Source: Stegostoma tigrinum (lineage: Eukaryota). From it: a stretch of 64,000 bases of DNA. The notes below the pieces were generated by a model. It was given only the letters and a program-made list of their open reading frames with translations, was not told where the DNA came from and searched no databases. Positions 1 through 13,129 of the stretch are shown here, one piece after another (positions within the stretch are counted from its first letter, which is position 1; every line of letters begins with the position of its first letter). The translations under genes and the position numbers were made by a program. The stretch lies in the NCBI RefSeq assembly GCF_030684315.1, contig NC_081384.1, forward strand, positions 15,600,818 through 15,664,817, written 5' to 3'.

Positions 1-109
1 TTGATGTTCCTCTCTCATAAGTGGCTGCAGATTGTAGCTCTGAAAATCTTTAAAATGCCACAAACAGCTATACAAAACCCTGGTGAGACTCCATTTGGAG
101 TACAAATGA

Positions 110-640
110 GAAGATCTGGGCACCACACCTTAGAAAGGATATATTGGACACTCCCCTAGAAGGGAGTACAACAGAGGTTTACATTAATGATAGCTGGACT
201 TGAGGGATAAATTATGAGGAGAGATTATACAAATTAGGCCTATTTGTCTAGAATTTTGATTGTTATGGGATGATCTGATTGAAGTCTTCAAGATATTAAA
301 CAGAAAAAAAAAGACTGTAGATAAAGATAAATTTCCACTGGTTGGGGATTCTAGAACTAGGAGGCAGTTTAAAAATTAGGGCTAGACCATTCAAGAGAGA
401 TGTTAGGAAGCACTTCTACACACAAAGGGTGAAGAGGTTTGGAACTCCCTTCCATAAATGGTATTTGATGCTGGATCAGTTGTTTGTTTCAAATTGGAGA
501 TAGATAAATTGTTAAGCAAAAGTATTGAGAGATATGGGCCAAAGAGAGATATGTTGAGGTAGGCCACAAATCAGCCATGATCTCACTGAAATGGCAGAAC
601 AGGCTACAGGAGCTGAATAGCCAACTCTGATGTTCCTATA
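110..640 (+). mobile_element. decayed CR1-clade LINE 3' fragment
   Basis: Degenerate RT C-terminal motifs (W-A-P-H-L-R-K-D-I, LEGVQQRFT, DLIEVFKI) followed by a CR1-type 3' tail. Confidence 0.7.
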
Positions 641-1499
641 AGAGTCATACTGGATTTGAAATGTTAACTCTGTTTCTTCCTCCACAGATGCTGCCAGACT
701 TGTTGATTTTCTCCAGTATCGTGTTTGCTTCAGATTTCCAGCATCTGCTATACTTTATTTTTATTTGACTACAGATTGAATTGGTCAAGTCAAGGTGAAA
801 GCGGATTTCTAAATAAGATTCTAACCCACAAGAAACAAAATTTTCAAGGGTATTTACACAAAGAAAACCAATCACAAACAGAGGAGTGATCAGCTAACAA
901 AAATCCAACAGTAGTGCTCTACAGTCTACCGCTACTTTTCACGTGTGGGGTAGTGGGGTACGTAAATATTGTTAAGATATAAGTGGATAGATTCTTGTGA
1001 AGCAGGAGAATTACAGGTTATTCACAGCAGATGAGAATGTGGAATTCCAAACACAAACAAATCATCCATGACTTTGTTCAACAATAGAGCAGCCTCAAGG
1101 GGTTGACTGGTCTACTTCTGCTCTATTAATCCACGCCATCAGCTTTATTCTGCACCATACAAAACACCAGCCTCCAGCAATGACCATGTTGTTACTTTCA
1201 AACAGCTATCCAATTACCACGTTGCTTGTCCTTTCTCTGTAACCCAGTAAGTGTTTTGCTGTTCAAGCATACAGTGAAGATTATTATAATGCAGATGTTA
1301 GTGTCCAAAAGGTAAAAACATCACTAATAAGAAAACTCATTTTTAACAACTAAAATGAAGATTTAAATAAAGGTTATAACACTTTTGGAAGTCTTGAGAC
1401 CCCCAGACTACAAGCAAATCTGTATAATATTAAACCACAGTATAACAAACTTCCATTCAATTCTGCTTTGAAGGTTACTGTTTTAAAAAAATCTTTTAA

Positions 1500-3060
1500 G
1501 TGCAATAGATTGCAATAAAGCTAATTTTGAAGAATGAGGGATATATTTTTTAAAACGTTGAAAAAGGAGCTAAAATAGCCATAGGGATTCTTTAAGAATG
1601 CACTCATGTGAGTTCAGGGAAAATGTTTACTGTTCAACAAAAGTATAATCTAATCAATAACAAAATATCTTAGATGAACAAAAGGATAACGAAAAAGTAT
1701 TAGGAGAGCAAAAAGGATCAAAAAATTAAAATTTTGGAAGAACATAATAAATAGCACAAGTATAGAAAGAACAAAACAAAAATAAGGCTGGAGGTAGGAT
1801 CTCAAAGGATTGCATAAAATCAAGACTAATAACTATGAAATGGCACAAATATTGAAAGTTACTTCACCTCAATTTTCACCAGGGAGGTTAACATGACAGA
1901 CATGTCTTTTAAAAAGATGTCAAAATAAAATCTCAAAAACTTTAAGATGGGAAGGGGAGTGATAGCTGAAAGGATAACTATACCCCAAAAGGATAAAATT
2001 TGCGGACAAAATAGATTGCACTAACACATGCCAAAAGAAACTAAAGGAAGTGACAGCAAAGACTTATTAGATATGGACATATAAAATTCAAATAAAAAGA
2101 TGAAATGCCAAAACATTGATGAACAGGTAATATTACTCCTATACAGTATTTAAAAAGGGAGATAGAAAAGGTCCTACAGCACTGTAGGTCCTTTAGCCTA
2201 ATATTGGTGGGAGGACAGGTAATGTAATCTTTACTCAAAGATACATAGAAAGAAATCTGGAAAGAAAAAGCCAAGAACAGTCTGAGCAGATTTCAAACAT
2301 CATGCTTGGCCAAAAATGTTGCATTATTTAAGACAAGGATAATGCAGTGAACATAATATTCTTGCGATTTTTTTAAAGAAATCATCAGTAAAGGTATGTG
2401 TACCAGACCCATGACTAAGGTCAGAGAATGTGAAGTTAGAGACGAGTAGCAGAATGAATAGCTAACTTGTTACAAAAGAGATAACAGAGTTGAGTTTCAA
2501 GATGTTTATTCAGGATGGAGGAGGCTGGGAAGTGGTGTTCTACAGGATCACTGCTGGGAATACTGTTGTTCACCACGTTCATTAATTGATTTGAATCTGA
2601 TAATTGGATAGACAATATCAACATAAACACTATGACATCAAATTGGGGAAGATAGCTTATACTGAGGATGACTGCAGCAAAACATGCTATAGGTGTTAAC
2701 CAACTTGCAGTATGGGCTCAGAGCACAATCTGTGCAGATATTTGTCAGTATTATTGTACGATGCAGCCTTGTGCTGGAGGAATTAAGCCTTCAGTATGTT
2801 TCTCCCCCCTGCCTCAGTCTCAGCCCAGAAAATCCCTTGACAATATAACAAAAATTCAAATTTATAAGGGGAGAAAAAGTATGATCCTGTATTTTTGCAT
2901 TACATGGCACAAGTCACCAAGACAAGAATTTTAATGTAAAATTACTACATTGATTAGGTCCCCTTTATTTTAATACATTATATATAGTTGTCTTTGAGAA
3001 CCCCACTATAGGTAGGATGTCAAAACCATGGAGAAGTACCAGTGTGATTTGTTAAAGATA
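1500..3060 (+). mobile_element. highly decayed CR1-like LINE ORF2 remnant
   Basis: A-rich plus strand with eroded motifs (VTP-FKKG, Y/CR-LSL, SG-LQGSLLG-LLF); many stops. Confidence 0.5.
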
Positions 3061-4432
3061 TTGGAAAAGCAAAGAGCTGGATAGCTCATGCAGGGAGTAT
3101 GGTGTAAAGTGTAACTCAATAGCACTCTTTTTATATGGGGTAGATCACTATTATTAAGAAGTAGGCGGCTTTTCACTGGACGCTGAATTCTTAGTTTCGA
3201 TGTATATCTTCATAGAAAATTACTGACAAGTGCTTTTCATGGCTAATTGAATTTTGCACAATGAGTCAGTGAGTCATCTAGAGCAGGAAGGTCCTAAGTT
3301 TTATTTCTAGTCTGTGCAGTGTCAGCTGATCTTCACCAGATCAACAAAACAATTATCCACTGCACTCAACTGAATAAAGGGTGAAATGCTTCCCATTCAA
3401 GCAGCCTGCCCTGAGACAGTGGAAGCAATTATGGCTGTGTAGTAGTGTAACATGTAGGATAGTGAATCTCTCCCAATTTTTAGACCATGGAACAAAGCAC
3501 AGAAGGGAAATGGATTGTGTTCTTCCTGATTAACTTGAATTTAACTAAATTTCTATTCAAATTTGTATTTTAATACTAGGTCACCAAACTAAATTTGAAA
3601 CTCCGACATCTCCATGTACAGCAGCAAATGTTCTAAGTCTACCATAGTTGTGTGCTGCTACCCAAGTAATAGTCTCATCCATATATACCCCATATACTTT
3701 TTGAAGTGAAAGGAAAACACAATGTCATTCATATTTACTTATCCAATGTATATATTTTGCAACTGTGATGTAGTCATGTACATAACCATGACTTTACCAT
3801 CTTTATAAACTTCACATATTTCTCCCTGTGTATTATCATGTTTATCCAACGTGTTGCTGAGCTTAGAAGGCCCAGATTGTTTTTTGATTACTATTTTGGA
3901 ACTGAAGCTTGGGGAAGGATAGGATCAAGTTTGGCTGTAATACTCCAACATTCAACTAAGCTATTTTGTTGCATGCAAATACATGGGCATATGGGAAAGG
4001 TGCAGAGTATTTAATTATCTGTATGCAGTTAATGTCTTTAAACATGTGAGTAGCAGAGAAGATGGGGAAAACACTGCAAATGGAAATCATAACAATAATC
4101 ACCGCTGAACAAGTTCAGTGCCTATCATTATCGGGTGTTTAGTAGTTTGAATGTAACTATAATGTGGATTTTTTTAACAACATTTCTATTAAGTTAATGA
4201 AGAACAATGTACTTGGACTTTCATGACATATTTTCCATCAGAAAATAAAATATCACTTAACATAATTGCACCCTTTATTACTTCAATCCTTCCTTTCTTC
4301 TTCAAAATTCCTCAAAGGCGTTTCATCAGCCAAATCCGAGATGAGGTTTCCTGAAAATCCATATTTGAATTGCTCCAAATCAGGTGTTCATTTCTGCTAC
4401 AATACTGAAGTGGACCTGATCAAAGTCACAAA

Positions 4433-4530
4433 TGTGTGTGTGTGAGAGAGTGTGGGTGTGTGAGGAAAAGAGAGAGTGTGTGTGTGTGTGCGCGCGCGTG
4501 TGTGAGAGAGAAAGAGAGAGTGTGTGTATG
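4433..4530. repeat. compound (TG)n/(AG)n/(CG)n microsatellite
   Basis: Directly visible: gtgtgtgtgtgtgcgcgcgcgtgtgtgagagag. Confidence 0.9.
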
Positions 4531-4599
4531 GGTGTCTATGGCTATGGTATTCCTCCTAAACTTTCTCCAACATGTTGGCAGCCTTTGTCAGGTTAATCA

Positions 4600-5700
4600 C
4601 ATCATCCTCTCCAAATAACCCTCCTCCATCAACCAGCTAGGTGGGACCACACTTATTTGGCTCCATTCAGTAACTATCCAGTTGTAGTCAAAGAACGATC
4701 AGCAATTGTTTCTCTTCCAGTGCCCACACCATTATTTCTGGTCACCTCCAAGGATATATCATTGGCCCCTTTCTATTTTTAGAGAAAGATTACCTATTGG
4801 TGACATCCTCAGAAAACACATCAGCTTCCACATGTAAAATTAAAAGAAATAAAAACTTTACTTCACCATCATCTCTAAACCTTCACACAGATTGTCCCAA
4901 CATCCTAGTACTGAATGAGCAGAAAAATTCCTTCACAATATTTGTGACTACTGAAGCCATCATCTTTTATCTCCATCACAAACTATGCTCCCTGACCACC
5001 ATTCCATCCATCTCCCTGGCAGCTGCATGTCATCAAGCCACATCACTCACATACTTGGTTGTGTGATCCCAAGATGTACTTTAATTCACACATCTATTCC
5101 AATACAAGGCTTGCCTGCTTCCACTTCCTAAACTTCTCCAGCCTGTTCCTGCCTCAACTCATTTGCTTTTAAACTCAACCACGTCTTTGCTACCTCTAGT
5201 CTTGATTTTCCCAATGCTGTTGCCAAGTATTTTTCCATCCTTCATAAACCTGAGCTCATCCAAAACCCCACTAGTTATCCTAACATGCAGTGAATCCAAT
5301 TCACCCTGCATTCACCAGCCTACACTGTTCCGGTTTAAGCAACACCACTACTTTAAAATTTAAAACCCTTCCTCTCCCATACGTCCATGATCTCAACCCT
5401 TCCTATTTCTGGACACCTCCAGCTTTATAATCTCGAGATCTCCGTGCTCCTCCAATTCTGAGCTCTTGCACAATCTTATTTTAATCACTACCTATGTAAC
5501 CAGACCAGTACTCTAGGCTCACATCCCTGGAACTCCGTTCATAAACTTCCCTGACCTCCCTTAAAACACTACTTAACCTTACCATTTTGGCTACCTTGTT
5601 ACCATCTCCCTAAGTAGTGTTGCGTCTAAAACTTTCTTTGATAGCCTTGGGATCTTTTACTACATTCAAAGCACTATTTTTTAATGAGCGTTGTAAAATC
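4600..5700 (+). mobile_element. decayed L2-like LINE 3' part
   Basis: ccaaggatatatcattggcccctttctattt resembles PQGSILGPLLF; CT-rich plus strand and L2-type tail. Confidence 0.5.
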
Positions 5701-6143
5701 GTTAATAAGTAAAAGCTACACAAATTTAAAGGGGAAAATGTGCAGGGCTGGGGGAAAGAACCTCGGAGTCGGACTACGTGTATATTGATCACAGGAGCAA
5801 CATGATGAGCTGCATGTAAGATTCGAAGCGTCAAACGGTTGTAGAAGCGTGGACAATGCATCTGAACTACAATTGCCTGGCGACGTCTGTCGGCTGAACA
5901 TTGCCAGCACATTTGAGAAGTTAGAAGTTCCGAGCTGGATTGACCAAGCCTCTTTTTTTAAAAGATGAGGGTAGTTGTCTTTTGGGGGCGGGCGGGCTGA
6001 CGGCCACTTATAGTCAAATTACCGAATAAATTACTTTCAAATCATTAGAAATACGTAAACGTTTTATTAAAGGAAGTGCCAGTTTAGCAAAAGGAAAGCC
6101 AACGCAAATTCCTCCTACTCTTCAGTGTATTTTCCCCCATTAC

Positions 6144-6334
6144 CTTTCAAAGAGAAGCCGCAATACGTAGATCGCCCAGGTCCAGGGAAGAATAAAGTAC
6201 AAATCCTTAAGCCGGGGGTAGACTGGATCCTGCGAATTTTCCAGCTGCGCCCTGCTGACGTTATGGGGCAGCCAAAAACTCTCGTCCCAGACTGAAATGG
6301 AAAGCCAGAGCGGCAGCCAACCGCTGCCCTCCAT
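6144..6334 (-). CDS. ceramide synthase CERS5/CERS6-like, first coding exon (gene continues beyond the left window edge)
   Basis: ATG at 6334 in strong Kozak context (ccgacgATGG). Translation MEGSGWLPLWLSISVWDESFWLPHNVSRAQLENSQDPVYPRLKDLYFILPWTWAIYVLRLLFE(R) matches the CerS5/6 N-terminus (W-x-E-x-FWLPHNV...DLY...P...RL-FER). Phase-2 donor GAAAG|gtaatg at the same position as CERS5/6 intron 1. CpG-rich context. Confidence 0.88.
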
Positions 6335-6480
6335 CGTCGGAGCTGCCAAATCCACACCAGACTGCAAGACTCAGCCTTACAGCGAACGTGACCCCTGCCG
6401 TTCTGTCTCATCGATTGGTTAAACATATTCGAAAACAAATTCCTGCGTCGGGTTCCACAAACCAGCGCTTCTTGTTAGAT
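6335..6480 (-). promoter_or_regulatory. CpG-rich 5' UTR/promoter of the CerS-like gene with CCAAT box
   Basis: CpG retention; aaccaatcg on the minus strand at about 6411-6421. Confidence 0.5.
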
Positions 6481-8102
6481 AAAGACACTAGGACCCTACT
6501 TCTTTAAAAATTAAGAAAAAAATCCATTGCGTATTAAAGTAGATTAGGTAACCATACACAATTAGATAACATTAAAATTATCACACAGGTAAGGCGTATC
6601 TATTGTGTGCACAAAACAGTTTGCCAAAAGGAATTGTCTTTTATAAGTTCTCGTGAAATTTTTTTAGAAGTTTAACTTTTCGCGTTGATTCAAAAAGTTG
6701 TTTAAGCCTAAATTACATAATGAACGAGTCACTGGAACCGCTCGTAGGAGGGCTCTGAATTGACATACACAAGATTGAAGATCAAACCTCTCGATATTTA
6801 AAAAAAATACGGAAGCACCGCGCCTTCTCTCAACGAGGAGGATACATTCACCAGGCCAAGAAAAATCTGAAACTGTTTTAGAGCAGAATAGAGTCTGTTC
6901 CAAGCACGGTAATTTCTGATTCTATTTTATTTTAAAATTGACCCATTAAACCACATTATAAATATGTTTGGATAGTTTTCATAAACAATCGATAACATAT
7001 GAAAAAATTATTATAGGAAATGCAGCCATTTCGGGAAAAAAACATGTTTAAGGCCATAAGCCTTATTGAAAGTTAAAATAAGATAACGAGATAAACACCT
7101 TTTTCTTATTTGTGAACTATCTGGTAAGCTTCAGTTTTGTAAACTGTCGACCCATGTCACTGGTTCATCAATCAAAACAATCTTTTTGATAGATTGGGAA
7201 CTTTCACCTAGCTAACTGAACTAGCTACACCAGTCGGAAACCACAACAAAAAAACTGTCAAAACCGATCAAATTAGTAGGCGGTATTGAATGCTGTTAAA
7301 TCATCTTTCCCACTATTAGGTGGACATGATAGGTTTAAGATGAGCTGATTGTTTCTGAGAGGTGCACTTGCAACGGTTTCATTCAGTACTTAACTGCAAA
7401 GCAGCTGAATATGGCAACTTTTAAAACTTCCCTTTAAACGACTTCGTGTCCAATATTTTAAAATAGACGTCGTTTCAATAAGAGTTGTAGATTTTCTATG
7501 ATAAGGAATATGGTCGGTTTTATTTAGCATTCCAACTATTACACTGACAGGATTTCCAAAGTTTTGAGTATAGAGGGGCAGAAGTGGTGGTGATAATTTT
7601 TAGTCTGAATAAATTACACTTTCTCATTTATAATTCTACAAGAACAAACTGTTATCCATCGGCTTAACTGTGTATGAGTCACACTGCCCAATTATGTTCT
7701 GTAACATACTGTTAGGTTTATTTGCACATTCATGGGTTCTTTGTTACTGTGTAGCAACTGACGGTGGGGAGGGAGGGTGGTGTGATGCTATCATATTAGT
7801 CCAAATTAAAACAGTCAAAATCAGGGTTATGATCTATGTGCTTGTTCATACAATTCAGTTTTGTACATTTTACTTTATTGGTTAAACACATGGCACATAT
7901 TATTTCCAGAGCAAGAAAAAACTTTACATTCAAAAACACAAAAAATTTGACTGTAACAGTGAACTTTTTTTGACATTTCTTCTGCATTCAGGGCCTGCCA
8001 CAATGTCCACCACCAACAGCGACCAAGCTGATCAAATCCTAAAGGACACATTGGGTCTGCAATTGGCAGTGAGACAACCCACAAGACAGAAAAGGATACA
8101 CT

Positions 8103-8432
8103 GTGGCATGATGGCTCAGTAGTTAGTACTGCTGCCTACAGTGCCAGGAACCAGGGTTTGATCACAGCCTCAGGCAATTGCACATTCTCTCCATATCTGT
8201 GTGGGTTTCCTCCGGATGCTCTGGTTTCCTTCCACAGTCCAAAGATGTGCAAATTAGGTGGATTGGCCATGCTAAATTGTCCATAGTGTCCAAGCATATG
8301 CAGTTGGGGTTGATTAGGAAATGCAGGGTGATAGGATAGGGAGGTTGGGTGTGGGTGAGATGCTCTTCAGAGTGTCAGTATGGACTTGATGGGCCAAAGG
8401 ACCAGCTACCACACTGTAGGGATTCTATGATG
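8103..8432 (+). mobile_element. HE1-type tRNA-derived V-SINE
   Basis: A/B box-like head (tggctcagtagttag...gggtttgatc), V-domain (tgtgtgggtttcctccggatgctctggtttcct) and tail ending gggattctatga. Confidence 0.85.
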
Positions 8433-8479
8433 ATATACTTGACCTCATCTGCACCAATCATCCTGCCATACATACACCT

Positions 8480-9600
8480 GTCTATGATAGTATTGACAAG
8501 AATGATCACCACTCAGTTCCTGTGGAGATGAAGTCCTATCTTCATATCAATGAGGCACTGTGAGCCACCAGCAGCAGAAATGTAGTCCAACTCAATCCAC
8601 AACCTCATGGTCCAGCACTTTCACCAGTCTACCTTTTAACATCAAGTCATGGGATCACTGAAGAATGTAGGAGGGCATATCAAGAGCAGCAGCAGCAGGC
8701 ATTTATCAAAATTAGGTGTCAACCTGGTGAAGTCACAAGAAAAAAGGACTACTTGCCTGTCAATCAATGTAAACTGGCAAATAATAGAGCTAATTGATTC
8801 CATAACCAACAGACCAGCTCTGTATTTCTGCCACATCTGGCTGTGAATGGTGGTAGATGAATAACTCAGAAGAGGCGGCTCACAATCATCCAAATCATCA
8901 ACGATGAAGCAGCCTAGATTACTGGTGCAAAAGATAAGGCTAAAGCATTCACATGATCTTCACCCAGAAGTGCCAAGTGGATGATCGATCTCAGCCTCTT
9001 CCCATAGTCCCCAGCATCACTGATGCCAGTCTTCAGTCAATTCAATTCATTCCATGCAATATCAAGAAACAGGTGGAGGCAATGGTTATAGTAAAGGCTA
9101 TAGGCCCTGACAATATTCCAGCAACATGGGGAAAAAAAGAGCTGAATTCCAGAGGTAAGGTAAGAATGACTGCCTTTGACGTCAAGGCTGCATATGACCC
9201 AGTGTGGCATCAAGGAGCAAACGTGGAGTCATTGGGAATAGGGGAAGCACTCCACTGGTTGGAGGTCAGTTATCTCAACCCAGACCACCTCTGCAGGAGT
9301 TGCTGAAGGTGGTATCCTAGTCCCAACCAATTTCAACTGTTTTATCAATCACTTTCCCTTCATCTTAAGATCAAAAGAGGGGATATTTGCTGATGACTGC
9401 ACAATGTTCAACATCATTCATGAATCCTCAGATACTGAAGTGGTTCGTGTCCAAAGGATGCAAGACTTAGAATATTCAGGTTTCGGCTGATGAACAGCAA
9501 GTAACATTCACACCACAGGTATTAGGGATTGCCATCATGAACAAGAGACAATCTAACCATTGTCCCCTGACATTCAAGCATTACCGTCACTGAATCCCCC
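8480..9600 (+). mobile_element. decayed LINE (CR1/L2 group) RT fragment
   Basis: KAIGPDNIPA, TAFDVKAAYDPVWHQG and FADDCT motifs across broken frames. Confidence 0.7.
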
Positions 9601-9604
9601 GCAT

Positions 9605-10385
9605 TCATACAATCATAGAACTGCACAGCATGGAAACAGACTCTTCAGTCTAATTCGTCCATGCAGACCAGATGTCCTAAATTAATCTAGTTCCATTTGC
9701 TAGCATTTGGTCCTTATCCCTTTAAACCCTTCCTATTCATATACCCATTCAGACGCCTTTTCAATGTTGTGATTGTACCAGCCTCCACAACTTCCTTTGG
9801 CAGCTCATTTCTTACATGCACCATCCTGTGTGAAAAAATTGTCCCTTAGATCCCTTTTAAATCTTTCCCCTCTCACCTTAAACCTATGACCTCTAGGTAT
9901 GGACTCCCTCATTCCAGGGAAAAGACTTTGTCTATTTACCCTATCCATGCCCTTTGATTTTATAAACCTCTATAAGGTCACCCTTCAGGTTCCTATACAC
10001 CAGGGAAATAGCCCCAGTCTATTCAGCATCTCCCCTTTGCTCAAATCCTCCAACCCTGAAAACATCCTTGCAAATCTTTTCTGAACCCTTTTGTGTTTCA
10101 CAGCATCCTCCCTACAGGAGGGAGGCCAGAACTGCACACAATATTTCAACAGTGGCTTTACCAATGTCCTGTACAGCTGCAACATGACCTCCCAATGCCT
10201 GCACTTGATGCACTGACCAATAAAGGCAAGCATACCATACACCTTCTTCGTTATCCTATCTACCTGCAACTCCACTTTCAGGGAACTATGAACCTGCACT
10301 CCAAGGTCTCTTTATTCAGTAACACCTCCCATCAAGTATAAAGTCCTACCCTGATTTTCCTTTCCAAAATGCATCACCTCACATT
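9605..10385 (-). mobile_element. CR1-clade LINE 3' fragment
   Basis: ORF 9985-10299: MLQLYRTLVKPLLKYCVQFW...RVQKRFARM; CR1 3' tail near 9610. Confidence 0.9.
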
Positions 10386-11844
10386 TGTCCTTGACAACTG
10401 AAATGGGTTTGCTTCTCTCTTGTGATCACATAGCCTTGCTACACAAAACAGGTAAAAATGCATTGTAAGCTGTATGGGAACTTGCTTCCTTGCACAAGAA
10501 CACAGCCCTATTTGATCATCAAACTGGAGACAAAACAAACAAGAATCAGAAAGTTGGTTTCTAATATTAAAGGACTTCATCATGAGTGAAAACGGGAGAA
10601 ACGTGGTTCTCAAATAACAGCACCAATAATATGAACACCTTTAATATTATAAAACATTCCAAGACACATTGCAGGATTACCTTAAAATCCTGTAATGACA
10701 GCCAGCCACATAAGGATTCATCAGATCACATGACCAAACCTTTAACGGTCAAGGCATTTGCAACTTTAAATTAATACACACAAAGAAAGTAGGACTGATT
10801 TGGATTGTGATAAACTATTTTTTTCTTACTAGACCAGTTTGCAGCATTTGATTCAACTGATCACACTACACTTCATAGCAGAATAGAAATATCCTCACGT
10901 GGTACTATTCCTATCTGTCAATTTGTAGCCACAACATTTCATGCAATGGCTCCACTATATCAGGAAACCCCAAACAATATATTCTTAGTTCTCTGCTACT
11001 TTATTTTCCATTCATAAGTTGCCCCTCAGTTACATCATCCTAAAACACAACAACAAATTCTATGTGTATGTTGACAACACCCAGTTAAACTTAGCACTGC
11101 ATCTGCCGATGTTTCCACTTGCTCTGATTAACACATTGCATGCCTAACATCGAATATTAGATGGACAGAAATTTCTTCAATTAAATATTAGGAAGAATAA
11201 AGCCATTGTCTTTGGTCCGTGCCAGAAATTTTGTTATTTAACCACCAATTCCATCCCTCTTCCTAGCAACTATCTAAACATGTGTAATGTTTTAGTACTT
11301 GCACAGAACATCTTCATTATGATATATTATAGAAGAGGTTCAACCAATCACAATTTGCTTATTTGGTTGGGCACACAATTTGCCCTTGAGTTGAGCTTCT
11401 GACTCCATTTCAGCTCTGTCACCAAGACTGCCTACTTACATTTCTATTACATGTGCATCACGCTTCCTGCCTCAGTCCAGCTCCTGCTGAAGCTTTGCTC
11501 TTATGTTATTACTTCTAGTCAACTATTCCAATGCTCTGAAGGTCAGCTTCAATCTCCCATTCTTCAATTTTGAGCTTATTCAAATATTTGTTGTCTGGAT
11601 CTTAATTTCTACCCCTTATGCCTTTGCCTTTCATTCTGGAAGTGGGTTCAATTTAAAGAGAAAATTCTCATGCTTGAGATGCCTCCATACCTCAAGCTTC
11701 CCCTTCTCTGTATCTTCCAGCCTTCTAAGCAACTTAATCTCCTAGCTCTCCAGTGCTGACTTTGTGGATCACTAATACTCTTCATTCTATCACAGGCAGC
11801 TGAAGGCACAGCTACCGAAAAGCTATCTTTGGACTTTCTTCCTT

Positions 11845-13112
11845 AAACATAGAACATTACAGCACAGTACAGTACAGGCCAGGCCCTTCGGCCCTTGATG
11901 TTGTGCTGACCTGTTATACCTATCTGAAGCCCATCTAACCTACACTATTCCATGTACGTCCATATGCTTATCCAATGATGACTTAAGTGTACCTAAAGTT
12001 GGCAAATCTACTACCGTTGCAGGCAAAGAATTCCATTCCCTCGCTACTCTCCGAGTAAAGAAACTACCTCTGACATCTGTCCTATATCTTTCATCCCTCA
12101 ATTTAAAGCTATGCCCCCTCGTGCTTGCCGACACCGTCCTAGGAAAAAGGCTCTCCTTATCCACCCTATCTAACCCTCTGATTATTTTATATGTTTCAAT
12201 TAAGTCACCTCTCAACCTTCTCTCTAACGAAAACAGCCTCAAGTCCCTCAGCCTTTCCTCGAAAGACCTTCCCTCCATACCAGGCAACATCCTAGTAAAT
12301 CTCCTCTGCACCCTTTCCAAAGCTTCCACATCCTTCTTATAATGCGGTGACCAGAACTGTACGCAATACTCCAAGTGCGGCCTCACCAGAGTTTTGTACA
12401 GCTGCAGCATAACGTTTTGGTTCCAGAACTCGATCCCTCTATTAATAAAAGCTAGAACACTGTATGCCTTCTTAACAGCCCTGTCAACCTGGATGCAACT
12501 TTCAAGGATCTGTGTACATGGACACCGAGATCTCTCTGCTCATCTACACTACTAAGAATCTTACCATTAGCCCAGTACTTTGCCTTCCCTTTACTCCTAC
12601 CAAAGTGCATCACCTCACACTTGTCCACATTAAACTCCATTTGCCATCCCTCAGCCCAGCTCTGCAGCTTATCTAATGTGTCTCTGCAACCTACAGCATC
12701 CTTCATCACTATCCACAACTCCACCGACCTTAGTGTCGTCTGAAAATTTACTAACCCATCCTTCTACGCCCTCATCCAGGTCATTTATAAAAATAACAAA
12801 CAGCAGTGGACCCAACACCAACCCTTGCGGTACACCACTAATAACGGGTCTCTAGGATGAACATTTCCCATCAACTACCACCCTCTGTCTTCTTTCAGCA
12901 AGCCAATTTCTGATCCAAACTGCTATATCTCCCACAATTCCATTCCTCCACATTTTGTACAATAGCCTACTGTGGGGAACCTTATCGAACGCCTTGCTGA
13001 AATCCACATACACCATATCAACCAGTTTACTCTCATCTAGCTGTTTGGTCACCTTCTCAAAGAACTCAATAAGGTTTGTGAGGCACAGCCTTCCTTTCAC
13101 AAAGCCGTGCTG
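11845..13112 (-). mobile_element. relatively young 5'-truncated CR1-clade LINE
   Basis: QHGFVKGRLCLTNLIEFF, YVDFSKAFDKVPH, WQMEFNVDKCEVMHFG, MLQLYKTLVRPHLEYCVQFWSP; few frameshifts; 3' tail at about 11845. Confidence 0.93.
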
Positions 13113-13129
13113 ATATTGGTGAGATTTTA

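Noticed and set aside
4262-4416. Exon-like minus-strand segment in CerS intron 1 (acceptor ttgatcag|gtccac)
   Set aside because: Not similar to CerS exon 2 (expected F-x-AKP...), stop after 5 codons in the required phase, weak polypyrimidine tract and no clear donor
4477-4504. Z-DNA-prone (TG)n(CG)n tract
   Set aside because: Common microsatellite type; nothing indicates function
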